IMG/VR virus record: IMGVR_UViG_3300025154_000065
Coordinates: 1-64,000 of that record
Reading direction: 5' to 3' (one strand)
DNA: 64,000 bases
DNA from: a virus
Part shown: in pieces, positions 20,784-31,759 of the stretch
How positions within the stretch are numbered: the first letter of the stretch is position 1
Layout: every line of letters begins with the position of its first letter
The notes under the pieces: model-generated
The model's database searches: none
What the model was told of the DNA's origin: nothing
What the model saw: the letters and a program-made list of their open reading frames with translations, nothing else
Position numbers and translations under genes: made by a program

Positions 20784-20978
20784 AATTAATCCATTTATCT
20801 TAAATTTGAAGTTCTCTTAGAATATTCTGTATTCCAAATAGACCATGACATTATTGAATAAATTGACATAATATTATTTGGATAAGGAAATAGTAAATGT
20901 TTATTTGAAAAGTTACAAAATAGAGTATCTGCTTCTTCAATTGATTTGCAATATTCCATCAACATATCAGTCATTTAT

Positions 20979-21158
20979 TTATTCCCAATGTTTGTTCCAT
21001 TCTGTTCTCCACTCATATTCTGCATCCGCTGCTTCACAGACATCATCTTCATTTGATTTTTCAGCAAGCCATTTCAAATAACTTGAAGGAATATCTTCTA
21101 TTGATTTACCTTTAAATTTACCCCATGGCATTATAAAATCAGAATTTGATCTTTTCAT
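20979..21158 (-). CDS. 59-aa DUF3820-like protein (not in ORF track)
   Basis: Translates to ...MPWGKFKGKSIEDIPSSYLKWL...; start overlaps the upstream stop. Confidence 0.65.
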   Translation of the reverse strand: MKRSNSDFIMPWGKFKGKSIEDIPSSYLKWLAEKSNEDDVCEAADAEYEWRTEWNKHWE

Positions 21159-21709
21159 TCTTTTTCCTTTGCCTCCACAATCACCGACGCCATGGCCTGA
21201 AGATCCTGAGTATAGAGACCAAAGATCTCTACCACATCACGAAATTCTTCAAGATCATGTTTTGCGACACGTAGTTTAAGTTCACCTTCTTTTGATTCGG
21301 TTATTTCAATATGTTTCAATTCATGTAGAATCAATGCCTGTCTTTGGATATCTGTAAGTTGTTGCCATATGTCATGAGCAAATTCAATAATAAAATCAAA
21401 TCCGTGAAGTATTTTTAGTTTATCACTCTGTTTCGAGCATTTACCGAGCACCACCTTTCCGCCAGCTTTCTGATGCTCACTTCTGAACATATAGCATATA
21501 TTAGAATAGGCCGCGTCGGGGTGGAAATTAGATATCAATTCTTCTGCGATTTTAATAATTTCATCATCGCATTTCCAGTAAGAATCATTAGGAGTTTCAA
21601 TCTCTTCATTCTCTTTAATATCATCACTCATTTTATCAGCCTCCCCAAGAATTTTTAATTTCAAAAAGATGATAGATTTGCATACCATCATATATTTGGA
21701 ACGAATCAA
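21155..21709 (-). CDS. Putative phage metallopeptidase (true start probably ~21631)
   Basis: ILHELKH (HExxH) plus HDLEEF motif. Confidence 0.7.
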   Translation of the reverse strand: MIRSKYMMVCKSIIFLKLKILGEADKMSDDIKENEEIETPNDSYWKCDDEIIKIAEELISNFHPDAAYSNICYMFRSEHQKAGGKVVLGKCSKQSDKLKILHGFDFIIEFAHDIWQQLTDIQRQALILHELKHIEITESKEGELKLRVAKHDLEEFRDVVEIFGLYTQDLQAMASVIVEAKEKE

Positions 21710-22104
21710 TAAAGATAAGATCTAAAATATCTTCATCTATTGAATGTCCTGTTCCAGCAAGTCTAAAATTTCTATCTTCTAATTCTGCTTCTGGATCGCA
21801 TAATATCCACAAACAAGGATTTTCTTTTTGTGTTTGACAGCATAGGATTTTCGCATTTAATGGAAGTTGGAGAGTGAAATAATCTGTTAGTTTTATAATA
21901 TATTTAATTACTTTCAATTACATCTCCTTTCTTAAATTCCGATATCAAAGCGCAAATAAAATGCTCTGCAATATTATTACAATAAATACATTTTACATAT
22001 TCTAAATTAGGCAATGGATATATTTCAAAACTCCTTTTATGGATATTACAAAATCCATTATAACATGATTTGCATATCCATTTATTTGAATAACAATCTG
22101 TCAT

Positions 22105-22569
22105 CTAATATCCTTTTCTGACAGGCCAAGTATAAGGCAAATCATCTCTCTCGTCAGGCCAAAATTGTCTATAGTGTTCTGGATATTTTCTTAGTAGATT
22201 TGAACGATGACTTCTATGAAAATCTTCATTACCTAACCAAAGTGGATACTCAATTAGGGTATAAATATTTAAATAATACCAATCATGTTCTGATATTTTG
22301 TATTTTGTATTATCTATATATCCTCTATTTGTCCACTCATCACAAATAGCATAACCATATTTACATAAAGCCGATTCATAATTTTTCCACATAAGAACTG
22401 CTGGATGATTTTCCCATCTACTTCCATATCTTAAAGTATTAAGAATTTGAAGAACTTCTACTCTTTGTTTTCCAAGTCTTCTATAGTCTAATACTTTTGC
22501 TGATTCTATGAAATCTGGAGAAGCGAGGAATGTTTGCATTTTATTTCCTGTATTTGATATATAATTCAT
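22105..22569 (-). CDS. Pyrimidine-dimer DNA glycosylase-like (MSMEG_6728 family)
   Basis: MQTFL...LDYRRLGKQRVE...HPAVLMW...HRSHRSNLLRK. Confidence 0.8.
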   Translation of the reverse strand: MNYISNTGNKMQTFLASPDFIESAKVLDYRRLGKQRVEVLQILNTLRYGSRWENHPAVLMWKNYESALCKYGYAICDEWTNRGYIDNTKYKISEHDWYYLNIYTLIEYPLWLGNEDFHRSHRSNLLRKYPEHYRQFWPDERDDLPYTWPVRKGY

Positions 22570-23068
22570 GATTACCTAATGGTTTTTTAAGTTTTAAATT
22601 TTCTCTAACCAATCGTCTCCAATAAATAGGACTAAATCCTTTAAATCCCTCTAACCAATAATTCCATTTCATCCACCATAAAGGTGCAACTAACCATGAT
22701 GCCTTGTCTGCTCTCATAAGTAAGCTTTGAGTCCATTTAGATTCTTCTGGACAATGACCAGCACAAAACATCCAAGCTTTTGAACTTAATTCACGTTGAG
22801 TCAAATAATCAGTTTTTAAGAAATATTTACAAATTTTTATTGTAAATTTACATGTTATTTTTGCACCTAATTCCCAATGACCTTTCTTGGCATTATCATC
22901 GCTTAAATATTGTTTTCCCCAAACACCAATATCATGTAAAAATATTCCAATTATTTGCCACCATTCAGGCCATGATCCATATTCTAATTTCCACGCTCTT
23001 AATACTGCCAAACCATGCATAACGGGATTATGGCATCCAAATAAAACAGACTTAGTTCCTTCTATCAT
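22541..23068 (-). CDS. HD-like domain protein
   Basis: H...LHDIG...H...H...ADK spacing. Confidence 0.45.
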   Translation of the reverse strand: MIEGTKSVLFGCHNPVMHGLAVLRAWKLEYGSWPEWWQIIGIFLHDIGVWGKQYLSDDNAKKGHWELGAKITCKFTIKICKYFLKTDYLTQRELSSKAWMFCAGHCPEESKWTQSLLMRADKASWLVAPLWWMKWNYWLEGFKGFSPIYWRRLVRENLKLKKPLGNHELYIKYRK

Positions 23069-23078
23069 TTTACCATCC

Positions 23079-24026
23079 TTATTTTGCTACAGTGCAGGCA
23101 TTTATCAACTGCATTATCAAGCCCGGTTTGCCGTTGTAGTGTAGCACTTCACGGAAGGAATCGCATATGAGCCACATCCTAGAGGCTTTAGAAGGGTCAT
23201 TAATTGCCACTCTTGCCATATAACCCATAATGCTTAATCGACAAGTTTCTGGTTCAATCTTAACTTTATCAATCATGGGAGCCAATTTTACCCAAAGGTC
23301 ATTCCCCCCCTTCACAAGCAATCTACATACTTCCAAAATGTCTACATTTTCAATTCCACTATCCACAAGGTCAATTGCTAGACTAATATCCTTAATGTCT
23401 ATAATAGTTTCTAATGCAACCAAAGCATTTCTAGAACTTCCTTTACTATTGATCACAATCTTACTTTGAACCTTTCTATCAATTTCTTTTCCTTCTGCTT
23501 CAAGAATACAATCTATTAATTCGTTCATCTCTCTAGGTGCAAGAGGCTTTGTCTCATATCTTGCACATCTTGATTGTATTGTATCAATAACTTTTCTTTG
23601 TTCTGTTGTAGACAAGAACCAATAAATAAAATCAGGTGGTTCTTCAAGAGGTTTTAAAAGACAGTCTTGTGCTTGTGGAGTTGCTCGATGGAATTCATCA
23701 AGTATATAAACTTTTAATTTTTTGCCACCACGTTCTACTACTGGAGAAAGATACATTGTACTAACAATCTTTCTCATATCTTCGACACCATTTGTATCAG
23801 ACATATTATATTCAAATATATTTTGTTCTGTACATCCAAGACTTTTCGCCATAAGTCTGCTAACACTTGTTTTGCCTGTGCCTTTTTCTCCAATTAAAAG
23901 TATAGCATGTGGCAATGCATCATCTTCTAGTTTTTGTTTAATCATAGAAACAAGTGCTTCATTGCCAAATACTTCATCCCAATTTTGAGGGCGATATTTT
24001 CTTGCTAATGCATCAGTTGCAGCCAT
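23079..24026 (-). CDS. dnaX: Clamp loader, Pol III gamma/tau-like
   Basis: LARKYRP, GEKGTGKT, ILDEFH, LLKPLEEPP, TIQSRC. Confidence 0.88.
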   Translation of the reverse strand: MAATDALARKYRPQNWDEVFGNEALVSMIKQKLEDDALPHAILLIGEKGTGKTSVSRLMAKSLGCTEQNIFEYNMSDTNGVEDMRKIVSTMYLSPVVERGGKKLKVYILDEFHRATPQAQDCLLKPLEEPPDFIYWFLSTTEQRKVIDTIQSRCARYETKPLAPREMNELIDCILEAEGKEIDRKVQSKIVINSKGSSRNALVALETIIDIKDISLAIDLVDSGIENVDILEVCRLLVKGGNDLWVKLAPMIDKVKIEPETCRLSIMGYMARVAINDPSKASRMWLICDSFREVLHYNGKPGLIMQLINACTVAK

Positions 24027-24029
24027 ATA

Positions 24030-24251
24030 TTATTCTCCATTTAGAATTTCTTCTTTTAGGTTATTAAATGCTCTGATTAAATCTTCAAATTCATACTCTA
24101 GAATTTCTAGATTGGTTGGAGAATCTTTATCTGGATATTTATTTTGCCAACCAAATCTGTCCCCCTTACATACAGCTTGTATTAATTCACCGCATTCTTC
24201 TATCAATTTTATAGTATTAGAACCAATATTTACATAATTTGGATCGGCCAT
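24030..24251 (-). CDS. MazG-like NTP pyrophosphohydrolase
   Basis: EECGELIQA...EFEDL pattern. Confidence 0.55.
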   Translation of the reverse strand: MADPNYVNIGSNTIKLIEECGELIQAVCKGDRFGWQNKYPDKDSPTNLEILEYEFEDLIRAFNNLKEEILNGE

Positions 24252-24860
24252 TATTCTTTTCCCTCCAATTTTCTAACTCTATTTTTAAGACTAGCAAGAT
24301 CTATAAATATACAGATTATTACAAAAAGTAATGATATCAATACTGGAAATAAATCCCCAACTGTAACCATTTCAATCATCGGTCTAAAATCAAACCATAA
24401 CCAAATTCTTTCCATATTTAACTCCTATTCACAATCAGGCCATATCTTTTTATTCTTTTCAATTATGTCACATTCTGTTGCCAATTTATCCATCAAATCT
24501 TCACGAAGAGATTTATAACATGCTTCTTTCTCTTTTATCGAACATTTTTGAGTAATTCCAATATCAATCCTGACAAATTCAAAACTCCCTTTGCCTAGAG
24601 AGATAGTTTTACCTATAGACATCCTTATTTCTAAATTATTTTCTTCCATGAAATATTTCTTTCTTTGTTGCGTATCTTACAGAAGGTGGGCTTTTTATGA
24701 AGAATTTACCATCGTAGGTATAGGTATTCCAATAATTGTTTTCTAACAAATCAATAGAACATCCTACTCCTACATCAAATTCGTTTAGGTTAGATTCTTC
24801 ATACTCTTTAATGATATCTCTGATTCTTGCAAATAATTCTTTATTGGTCATTTTATTTAC

Positions 24861-25541
24861 CTATATTTTATATAACAAGCCTCTAGTTTTTATCTTCACG
24901 TCTTCATTGTGTCTTTTTGTTTCTCCTTTTGGATAAGGAAGGATTGAATATTTTAGCTTAGATAACATATCTTTAATTTGTTTCTTACTTCCTAAAAACT
25001 TAAAATATCTATGTTTTGAATCTTCTTCTTTAAATCTTTGTATGTATTCAGGAATTTTGTCTTTATTCCTAGTCCCATAGGAGTTAAAAACACTTCTTGG
25101 ATGGATTCTTTTACCAGTTATTATATTGACATAATAATCTTGTGGTTCTGACAATCCAGTATATATCCAATTTGTGGCTTGATAGATATATCCTACATGT
25201 CCAACTCCTGCATCTGCATAACTTAGAATACAAACAGGCTTTGGTAGCAAAGAAAGACATTTCGCAACAAAGAAAGATGATGAATTTTTTGGTAATCCTT
25301 CTGCCACACATAACCTATTCAATTCTAAGGTATTTATCTCCAATTTGTTATCAAATATTTCACCACCATTATTAAATTTTCTGCATGGAGTAGAACCAAA
25401 CGTACAAACACCCATAATTTCTTGATCTAAAGAGAATAATCCATAAGCAAATGTTATTAGTGGAATTGTTTTAGCATAGTGTCTATATAATAGCCAAGAT
25501 TTACACCATTTATTAGAAATTTGTCTTACTTCAAATTCCAT
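24861..25541 (-). CDS. Mom-like DNA modification enzyme (GNAT fold)
   Basis: RHYA, LELNRL, SYAD, GHVGYIYQATNWIYTG, KHRY motifs typical of the Mu Mom family. Confidence 0.78.
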   Translation of the reverse strand: MEFEVRQISNKWCKSWLLYRHYAKTIPLITFAYGLFSLDQEIMGVCTFGSTPCRKFNNGGEIFDNKLEINTLELNRLCVAEGLPKNSSSFFVAKCLSLLPKPVCILSYADAGVGHVGYIYQATNWIYTGLSEPQDYYVNIITGKRIHPRSVFNSYGTRNKDKIPEYIQRFKEEDSKHRYFKFLGSKKQIKDMLSKLKYSILPYPKGETKRHNEDVKIKTRGLLYKI

Positions 25542-25545
25542 AATA

Positions 25546-26604
25546 TCACCATTTTGACATAAGGTGTCGAAACGCTTTCGTTTTAAAAATCATAACACTT
25601 TCATCAGCTATAGAAAAATTACGAGTGATTGAAAGGATAGTTTTAAGGAATGTGGGTGATATTTTAAAACTCATACCTTCTTCAAACATTTCTCCATCAA
25701 TTTCAACACTATCTTCAACACGACCATTTGAGTTTTGTCCTTTAACAAAAAGTCTCTTACCTTTTCTATAAATCTCTACATTCAATACAGGATCATCTTT
25801 GTCGAGAACACTGGCAAGAATACCTGCTACATCAAGACATTCTTCCAGATCTTTAGGAAATTGGTATTCTTTAAACTCTTCATCATATGAGTTGAAGATT
25901 TTGATAAGGTTTGAGATTGGAAATGATTTCATCAATTCATTGGTGCTAAATACAATACCATTGTCACACTTAAAATGTATCCATCCATCACCAACTGCAT
26001 ATGAGATTGGTGGATAAACCATTTTAAGAAGAGTGGTAATAGAACTTGCTGGTATTGTAAAATCAAAATCTATAGATTCATCAAATTTATAACGAGAATT
26101 ACGATAGATATCTGTAGACCATGCACAATCTTCTTTAATTGCTATTCCATTGATTTCTATTACATTTGGATCAAGACTCATTGAATACGAACAAAGTCTA
26201 ATTCCTTCCATAAAGTCCTTTGGTAGATCATGGAATATCAGATCATCAATATTGAATGAATTTACAAGTTTACGGATTCCATCATCTTCTTGAATCAATA
26301 CCATTTTAAGAGTAGTATTATCTCCAGATATCTCAAGATTGTCTGGATTTTGTTTCAGTGTAACATCTTCAGATTTCATCTTTTCAAGAATCTTTAGAGT
26401 CTCAGTAGCTTTTACTGTACAATTTACTCCTGTCTTTATTGGATATGAGAATGACATTCTATTAGAATAAGTATGTACATATTCATCAGCAAAGATAAAA
26501 CTATCTGCGCCAATAAGAAGTTGATCTTTGATATCAATTGCACTAATTACAGTTTTCAATGCTGAGACAATATTTTTACGCTTTTGAAGAAAACCTTTTG
26601 CCAT
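25546..26604 (-). CDS. Sliding clamp (Pol III beta-like)
   Basis: 352 aa, STDIYR resembling ATDGHR, FP motif; near the clamp loader and DnaE. Confidence 0.6.
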   Translation of the reverse strand: MAKGFLQKRKNIVSALKTVISAIDIKDQLLIGADSFIFADEYVHTYSNRMSFSYPIKTGVNCTVKATETLKILEKMKSEDVTLKQNPDNLEISGDNTTLKMVLIQEDDGIRKLVNSFNIDDLIFHDLPKDFMEGIRLCSYSMSLDPNVIEINGIAIKEDCAWSTDIYRNSRYKFDESIDFDFTIPASSITTLLKMVYPPISYAVGDGWIHFKCDNGIVFSTNELMKSFPISNLIKIFNSYDEEFKEYQFPKDLEECLDVAGILASVLDKDDPVLNVEIYRKGKRLFVKGQNSNGRVEDSVEIDGEMFEEGMSFKISPTFLKTILSITRNFSIADESVMIFKTKAFRHLMSKW

Positions 26605-27018
26605 TATTTTATATCTCCTTAATTAAGGAATTTAAGAACGTAAAATAATATCCATGCAATACCTAAAGAAAGATGTGTTATAATTTGAACTAAAATATAT
26701 GATTCCCAAAAATTCATTATATCTCCTTAATCTGCTGGTTCAAATTCAATAATGCCATTAACAACTTGTTTTGGTTTGAGGATGATAATATTATCACAAT
26801 CTAATGAAGTATATATAATATTTCCTACTAATAAATCAACACTAAAGAATTTTTCATTTAATTGTTGTTTATTAAAAATACTATCAAAAATATCTCTTCC
26901 TGGAGAATCAGAAATTCTCATATAAATTGTATTATTGTATGTATTTTTATATTTCCACACTTCTCCAACTTCAGGAATTCTGTTTTTAGATTTTGTTTCA
27001 ACTGATCTACATTTCATC

Positions 27019-28137
27019 TTATATCTCCTTAGATTTAAAATCTTCATATTTAAGATCAATGTAATGATTGATATCTATATGTTGTAGAACATCAAATAAT
27101 ATTTTATTATGTTTCCATTTTTCAAAGTATTCTCGAATACTTAGTTTCTTGTAATTGCCAGGATTCATACACCACTTAGTAAGCAATGTATAAAAATATC
27201 CCCAAGGACAATCTTTGTATTTTTCATATCTCATAAAGTATGGAATACATTGAAATTGCATCAATACTTTCATTCTTTCAAGAGTTTCAACCAAGTCGGT
27301 TTTCCAAAAACTTAAATCATAATTACCAGTTCTATCAAATGCACATAGAACATAAAGTTTTGTACTGGATTTATTATATTCTCTCCATAGTGCTAGTTTT
27401 TTAACAATCATATTCTTGTCTTTTATATTATCAAACGCAAAGATATAATCTCCATAGTATTTTACATCAGATAATAATTTTACATTTTCCTTATTAAGGA
27501 GGCGAATGTCTAATCCTTGTTTAAATTGGATTCGTTTACCGAAATCATACAATTCTTTGAGAATACCAATAGATCCTTTATATCCAAGAAAGTTATCATC
27601 GAGGAAACAAGAGTATTTATTTTTTGGATCATAGAATTCCATGTGTGAAGAATGTAGCTTGACTACTTTACAATTTCTATTCACACAGAATTCACAACCT
27701 CTAAAACATCCAGTTGTCAATTTACCAATATTTACTTGATTGTAAATCTCAAAAGTATCTCTTCGATCATGATCTATTAGATCCTGAGATGCAACAAAAT
27801 CATCATAGAGATGATAATCTGGCATTATATGTTCTATTTCATCTGGTAATTGAGGAGATTTATCATAGAAAAATCCAGTACCACCATATTCTACATGTTT
27901 GAGTTGAAGTACATTCTCAGGAAATAAAGTATCTGTAAATACCTTTGTCACATATACTTTATCATATGAGTAGATATTATTGTAGTTGAGTTTAGACATG
28001 AGGTTTCGGATATCTAATTTAAGAGTGATTATATCCCCTTTTTGTTTATGATATGAAGAGATTTTCATAGCAGCAAGATTTGGGAAACGATGCCGCTTTT
28101 TATTAGTTAAATCAGCATCTATAATACATATATTCAT
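27019..28137 (-). CDS. Radical SAM protein
   Basis: GCFRGCEFC (CxxxCxxC), FPNLAAMKISSYHK, LDDNFL, QGLDIRL. Confidence 0.82.
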   Translation of the reverse strand: MNICIIDADLTNKKRHRFPNLAAMKISSYHKQKGDIITLKLDIRNLMSKLNYNNIYSYDKVYVTKVFTDTLFPENVLQLKHVEYGGTGFFYDKSPQLPDEIEHIMPDYHLYDDFVASQDLIDHDRRDTFEIYNQVNIGKLTTGCFRGCEFCVNRNCKVVKLHSSHMEFYDPKNKYSCFLDDNFLGYKGSIGILKELYDFGKRIQFKQGLDIRLLNKENVKLLSDVKYYGDYIFAFDNIKDKNMIVKKLALWREYNKSSTKLYVLCAFDRTGNYDLSFWKTDLVETLERMKVLMQFQCIPYFMRYEKYKDCPWGYFYTLLTKWCMNPGNYKKLSIREYFEKWKHNKILFDVLQHIDINHYIDLKYEDFKSKEI

Positions 28138-28380
28138 TTTTGTTCTTTCTTATATATTACTATTATAAGTCTGTTTATAGATATTATGTATGATTTCTTC
28201 TGGATCTATTATATATTCATTCTCGTTATGAGTAAAAATCACTAAATTTCTTGTTTTTATGGCATAAATTATTGATTCAGAAAATCCTTTATTTAAATGA
28301 GATCCGGGTATTGCATCAATACGGATTCTTTAATTTTTATTGATTCCATTATATGATCCTTATGGTTATTTTGAGGAAGG

Positions 28381-28407
28381 AACTACCCCCCATTATGGGG
28401 GGTAGTT
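28381..28407. terminator. GC-rich hairpin, possible terminator
   Basis: aactacccccc-attat-ggggggtagtt perfect 11-bp stem just downstream of 28423..29037; weak U tract. Confidence 0.5.
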
Positions 28408-28422
28408 TATGTAGAAATGGAA

Positions 28423-29037
28423 TTAAATTACAGGTTTTATAACAAGTTGATAATTGCCAACTTCATCAATCTTCAGATATCCAAAAGGCACAAGCCAACG
28501 GATACATTGTTCAACCCAAAGTTGGGCAGCAGAAGTAGAATCATTGGCTCCAGGATTATGTTCAAGATACAACTGATTTGACCTAAAACTAATTGCCTCA
28601 ATAGTTTCATTGCCTTCGATCATTGCATCTCGCACAGAGACAGCCCGACCATAAGATTCCTTCTTCTCTTTCTTAACCTTTTCCTTCTTGGGCTTTGCTT
28701 CACCGGGTTCCTTGGGCTTCCTTCCTCTCTTTGCACCTTCCGGCTTTTCTACTTCTTCCGGAATTGTAGTAAGACTAGCATATGTTTCAATGACAAGAGA
28801 ACTAAGAGCATTAGCCACTGCATCATCATCGCCAGGAACAGAATTAACAGCCGCAACAAAACAAGCCGCCATCTCATCCTTATTCTTCAACTTTTTAACG
28901 TCAATCTTAATAACCTTATCTTCGCCATCCTTAATCTCCAGCTTATTGAAATCGTTAATAACTTCAGTAAACTTCTTGATGGACATTTCATTAACAACTG
29001 CCTTATTCAATGCGCCCATAAAAATTAATCCTTTCAC
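28423..29037 (-). CDS. hypothetical protein with Lys-rich linker
   Basis: 204-aa ORF with its own promoter motif upstream and a hairpin downstream. Confidence 0.6.
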   Translation of the reverse strand: MKGLIFMGALNKAVVNEMSIKKFTEVINDFNKLEIKDGEDKVIKIDVKKLKNKDEMAACFVAAVNSVPGDDDAVANALSSLVIETYASLTTIPEEVEKPEGAKRGRKPKEPGEAKPKKEKVKKEKKESYGRAVSVRDAMIEGNETIEAISFRSNQLYLEHNPGANDSTSAAQLWVEQCIRWLVPFGYLKIDEVGNYQLVIKPVI

Positions 29038-29621
29038 TATTGTTTTTGATTAGAAGCGACATACCAATTATGTCACTATTGAAGACAAACACATTCTAGC
29101 ATACTTTGATTGATATGGTATAAAAATCTTCATTGATACTCAAAATAAATTGCTTGTTTTTAGGACTTGGTAAAAACTGGCTTATCTGCTGGTCCTTGTT
29201 CTCCATTTGCAATAGATATAGTATCAAATGGCTGATTCATTACAGGATAATCACTAATTACTTTCAAACGATTTATATCAAACCAGCATTGATCCATCAA
29301 TTTTCCATCTCTATCCATTCCTGGATGAACAATTGCCTGAATACATCCATAAAGATCAAAACTGATTGATGCAACAATTCCTTTAAATCCTGTTACTTTA
29401 TCTTCAACTTTCATACCCAATAGACTTAGATGTTCTTCTACTTTTGTCATTTATTTCTCCTTATATATTATGTTCTTTTCTAATCATTTCAAAATAAGAA
29501 ATTGCGAAACTATAACCTTTCCATTTGTCAACACCTTGTTCTTCTAATGCCATTAATTTATAATAAGCAATTTGCAATTTTTCATATTCAATCTTTGTAA
29601 TTGTTACAGTTTCCATAACTT

Positions 29622-30536
29622 TTATCTCCCAAATACCTCGATCCTAACTTGTCTTGCATCTTCTATTGATAATGATCCAGGATCACTATAGCAATTTAAT
29701 TCTAATCTTTCTACATGATCAAAGGAAGATGCAAGACACATTATGCTAGCTAATTTCTGTGCTTGTTCCTGTGCTGGATTCTCTGGATCATATAAAACAA
29801 ATAGATTTTTAATTCCTTTCTTTAATAAAAGAAGTAATTGTGCATTAGTAAATTTTGTTGATAATGTAGCTACAGCTCCATCACCTATTTTCCATACATC
29901 TATTGGTCCTTCAACAATTAATACAGTATCTCCTTCTAAATGGTTAAGATTGTACACTAGCCTATCTCTAGGAATCAGATTCTCATTATCAGATGGAGAA
30001 TCATATTTATTAATTGCTTGTCCTGTTATATCTCTAGCTGAGAATGATACTATTTGATTATCCATAAAGATAGGAATGATGATTCTGAATTTGAATTTTG
30101 TCATATTGCCGCATGATATCACTCCATAGTGTTCTTGTAGATAATAAGGGTCAAATCCTCTCTTTGCAAGATAATTAAAGTATGGTTCTGGAAGATCTTT
30201 ATTGAAGAATTTGAAGTATTGTTCTAATGCTCCTTTTACTGGTTTATGTATTTTCTCTTCTGGAAAACCTACATGGAATTTACTAATTATTTCTCTGATT
30301 TCAGAATATGGAAGTTTTGTTAGAATTTCAAGAGTTTTGATTAGAGAATGACCACCACATTTATAACAACTCGTTTTATGTGATTGTTTATGAATTCCTA
30401 AATGATTTGACCTATCCCCACAGTATGGACATTGTATATTGACGTATCCTCTAGCAACATTTTTACCACGTTCCCAATATGGTATATTATACTCTTTGAG
30501 GAATTCTTGAATTGAATTCATATTTTGGTTAAACAT
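29622..30536 (-). CDS. DNA primase
   Basis: CPYC...CYKC zinc finger, RIIIP, TOPRIM IVEGPID, LYD. Confidence 0.85.
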   Translation of the reverse strand: MFNQNMNSIQEFLKEYNIPYWERGKNVARGYVNIQCPYCGDRSNHLGIHKQSHKTSCYKCGGHSLIKTLEILTKLPYSEIREIISKFHVGFPEEKIHKPVKGALEQYFKFFNKDLPEPYFNYLAKRGFDPYYLQEHYGVISCGNMTKFKFRIIIPIFMDNQIVSFSARDITGQAINKYDSPSDNENLIPRDRLVYNLNHLEGDTVLIVEGPIDVWKIGDGAVATLSTKFTNAQLLLLLKKGIKNLFVLYDPENPAQEQAQKLASIMCLASSFDHVERLELNCYSDPGSLSIEDARQVRIEVFGR

Positions 30537-31408
30537 TTTAGGAGTTGATATAGTTGTTGTTGGAATGCAGATGCCACCATGTCAAGTTCTTTTTCTGTAA
30601 CTTCGCTATCTGATGATATTGTTTCAATAGTAACAGGTTTATGTTCGATAGCAATTGTATTTCTATCACTAGAAACCATAATTTTTAATGAATAGATCAT
30701 TTTATTCTACCTTTCTTTACGCTATATTTTTGTTATATTCATTCAATGCTTTTTCTACCAAAATTCCCCATGGTTCATTTCTATTGTGATAAATTTCCAA
30801 ATGATTCAATTCTTTTGGTTTTCTAAATCTATACAAATGTTTACCGTCTTCTATATGGCCGGTATTAATCAATGCAATTGAATCTATTTCTCTTTCATTT
30901 AAAAATACTTTTACAATCAACATGATATTATCCTTCCCATTTCATCATTAATGGATGAGAATTTATATGATATGGTTCAAGACATACTGCCCACATCCCT
31001 TTCAATCTATTGGGAGAATTTTTAAAATGTTCTAACAGAGATTCTCTAAATACATCATAAATTAAGTTTTTACTTTCCCAATCAAGCCACTTAACTGCTT
31101 CGGTTGTATACCATTTACCTGATCCTCTAAAGAAATCAACTCTTACCATTGAAGGATCTTCAATATATCCCATATATTATTCTCCTTAAAAATTAACAGA
31201 ACATTTCACATCTGAAACAAAATGTTTTCTATTTTTATCTCCAATTGTTGTCATTTCTGTAAGTTTAATATCTATATTTGAAATGCCTACATCTGTTTTT
31301 GTTTCAAAAATAGCAATTTTTGCATTAATTACAGATAGTAAATCTTCCTCAAGTTGTTTTATTTCTTTTTTTAATTGTTTAATATCCATTTGAACTCCGT
31401 AAGTAAAA

Positions 31409-31433
31409 TGGCGATACCTTTTGAGTATCGCCA
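31409..31433 (-). terminator. Intrinsic terminator closing the TROVE operon
   Basis: tggcgatac/gtatcgcca stem followed by UUUUACUU on the - strand. Confidence 0.7.
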
Positions 31434-31452
31434 AGGAAGAGAAGTTGTGTTA

Positions 31453-31758
31453 TTAGTTTATTTTAGCCTCAAGTTCGGTGATCTCCCTATCAAGATCACC
31501 ACGTTTTTCATCGGCAGTCCTAAGAGCCGACCTTCTTGCCTTAGCTTGCCGTAAACGCCTCATTAATTCACCCCTCATTCTAGTATTGATTTCATGATCT
31601 ACTTCAGAAATCTTATCAGTAACCCATTCAGGCGTATCAGTCTTTAATTCTTGAAACCCATTATCAATGGTACGAAGTTGCGACTGAATCAAAATCAATT
31701 CCTCAATAGAACCAATTTTTTCTACATCAACATCTATAGTAATTGTTAATACTCTCAT
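31453..31758 (-). CDS. Coiled-coil protein coupled to the TROVE gene
   Basis: ATG 1 nt after the TROVE stop; Arg-rich helical C-terminus. Confidence 0.65.
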   Translation of the reverse strand: MRVLTITIDVDVEKIGSIEELILIQSQLRTIDNGFQELKTDTPEWVTDKISEVDHEINTRMRGELMRRLRQAKARRSALRTADEKRGDLDREITELEAKIN

Positions 31759-31759
31759 T

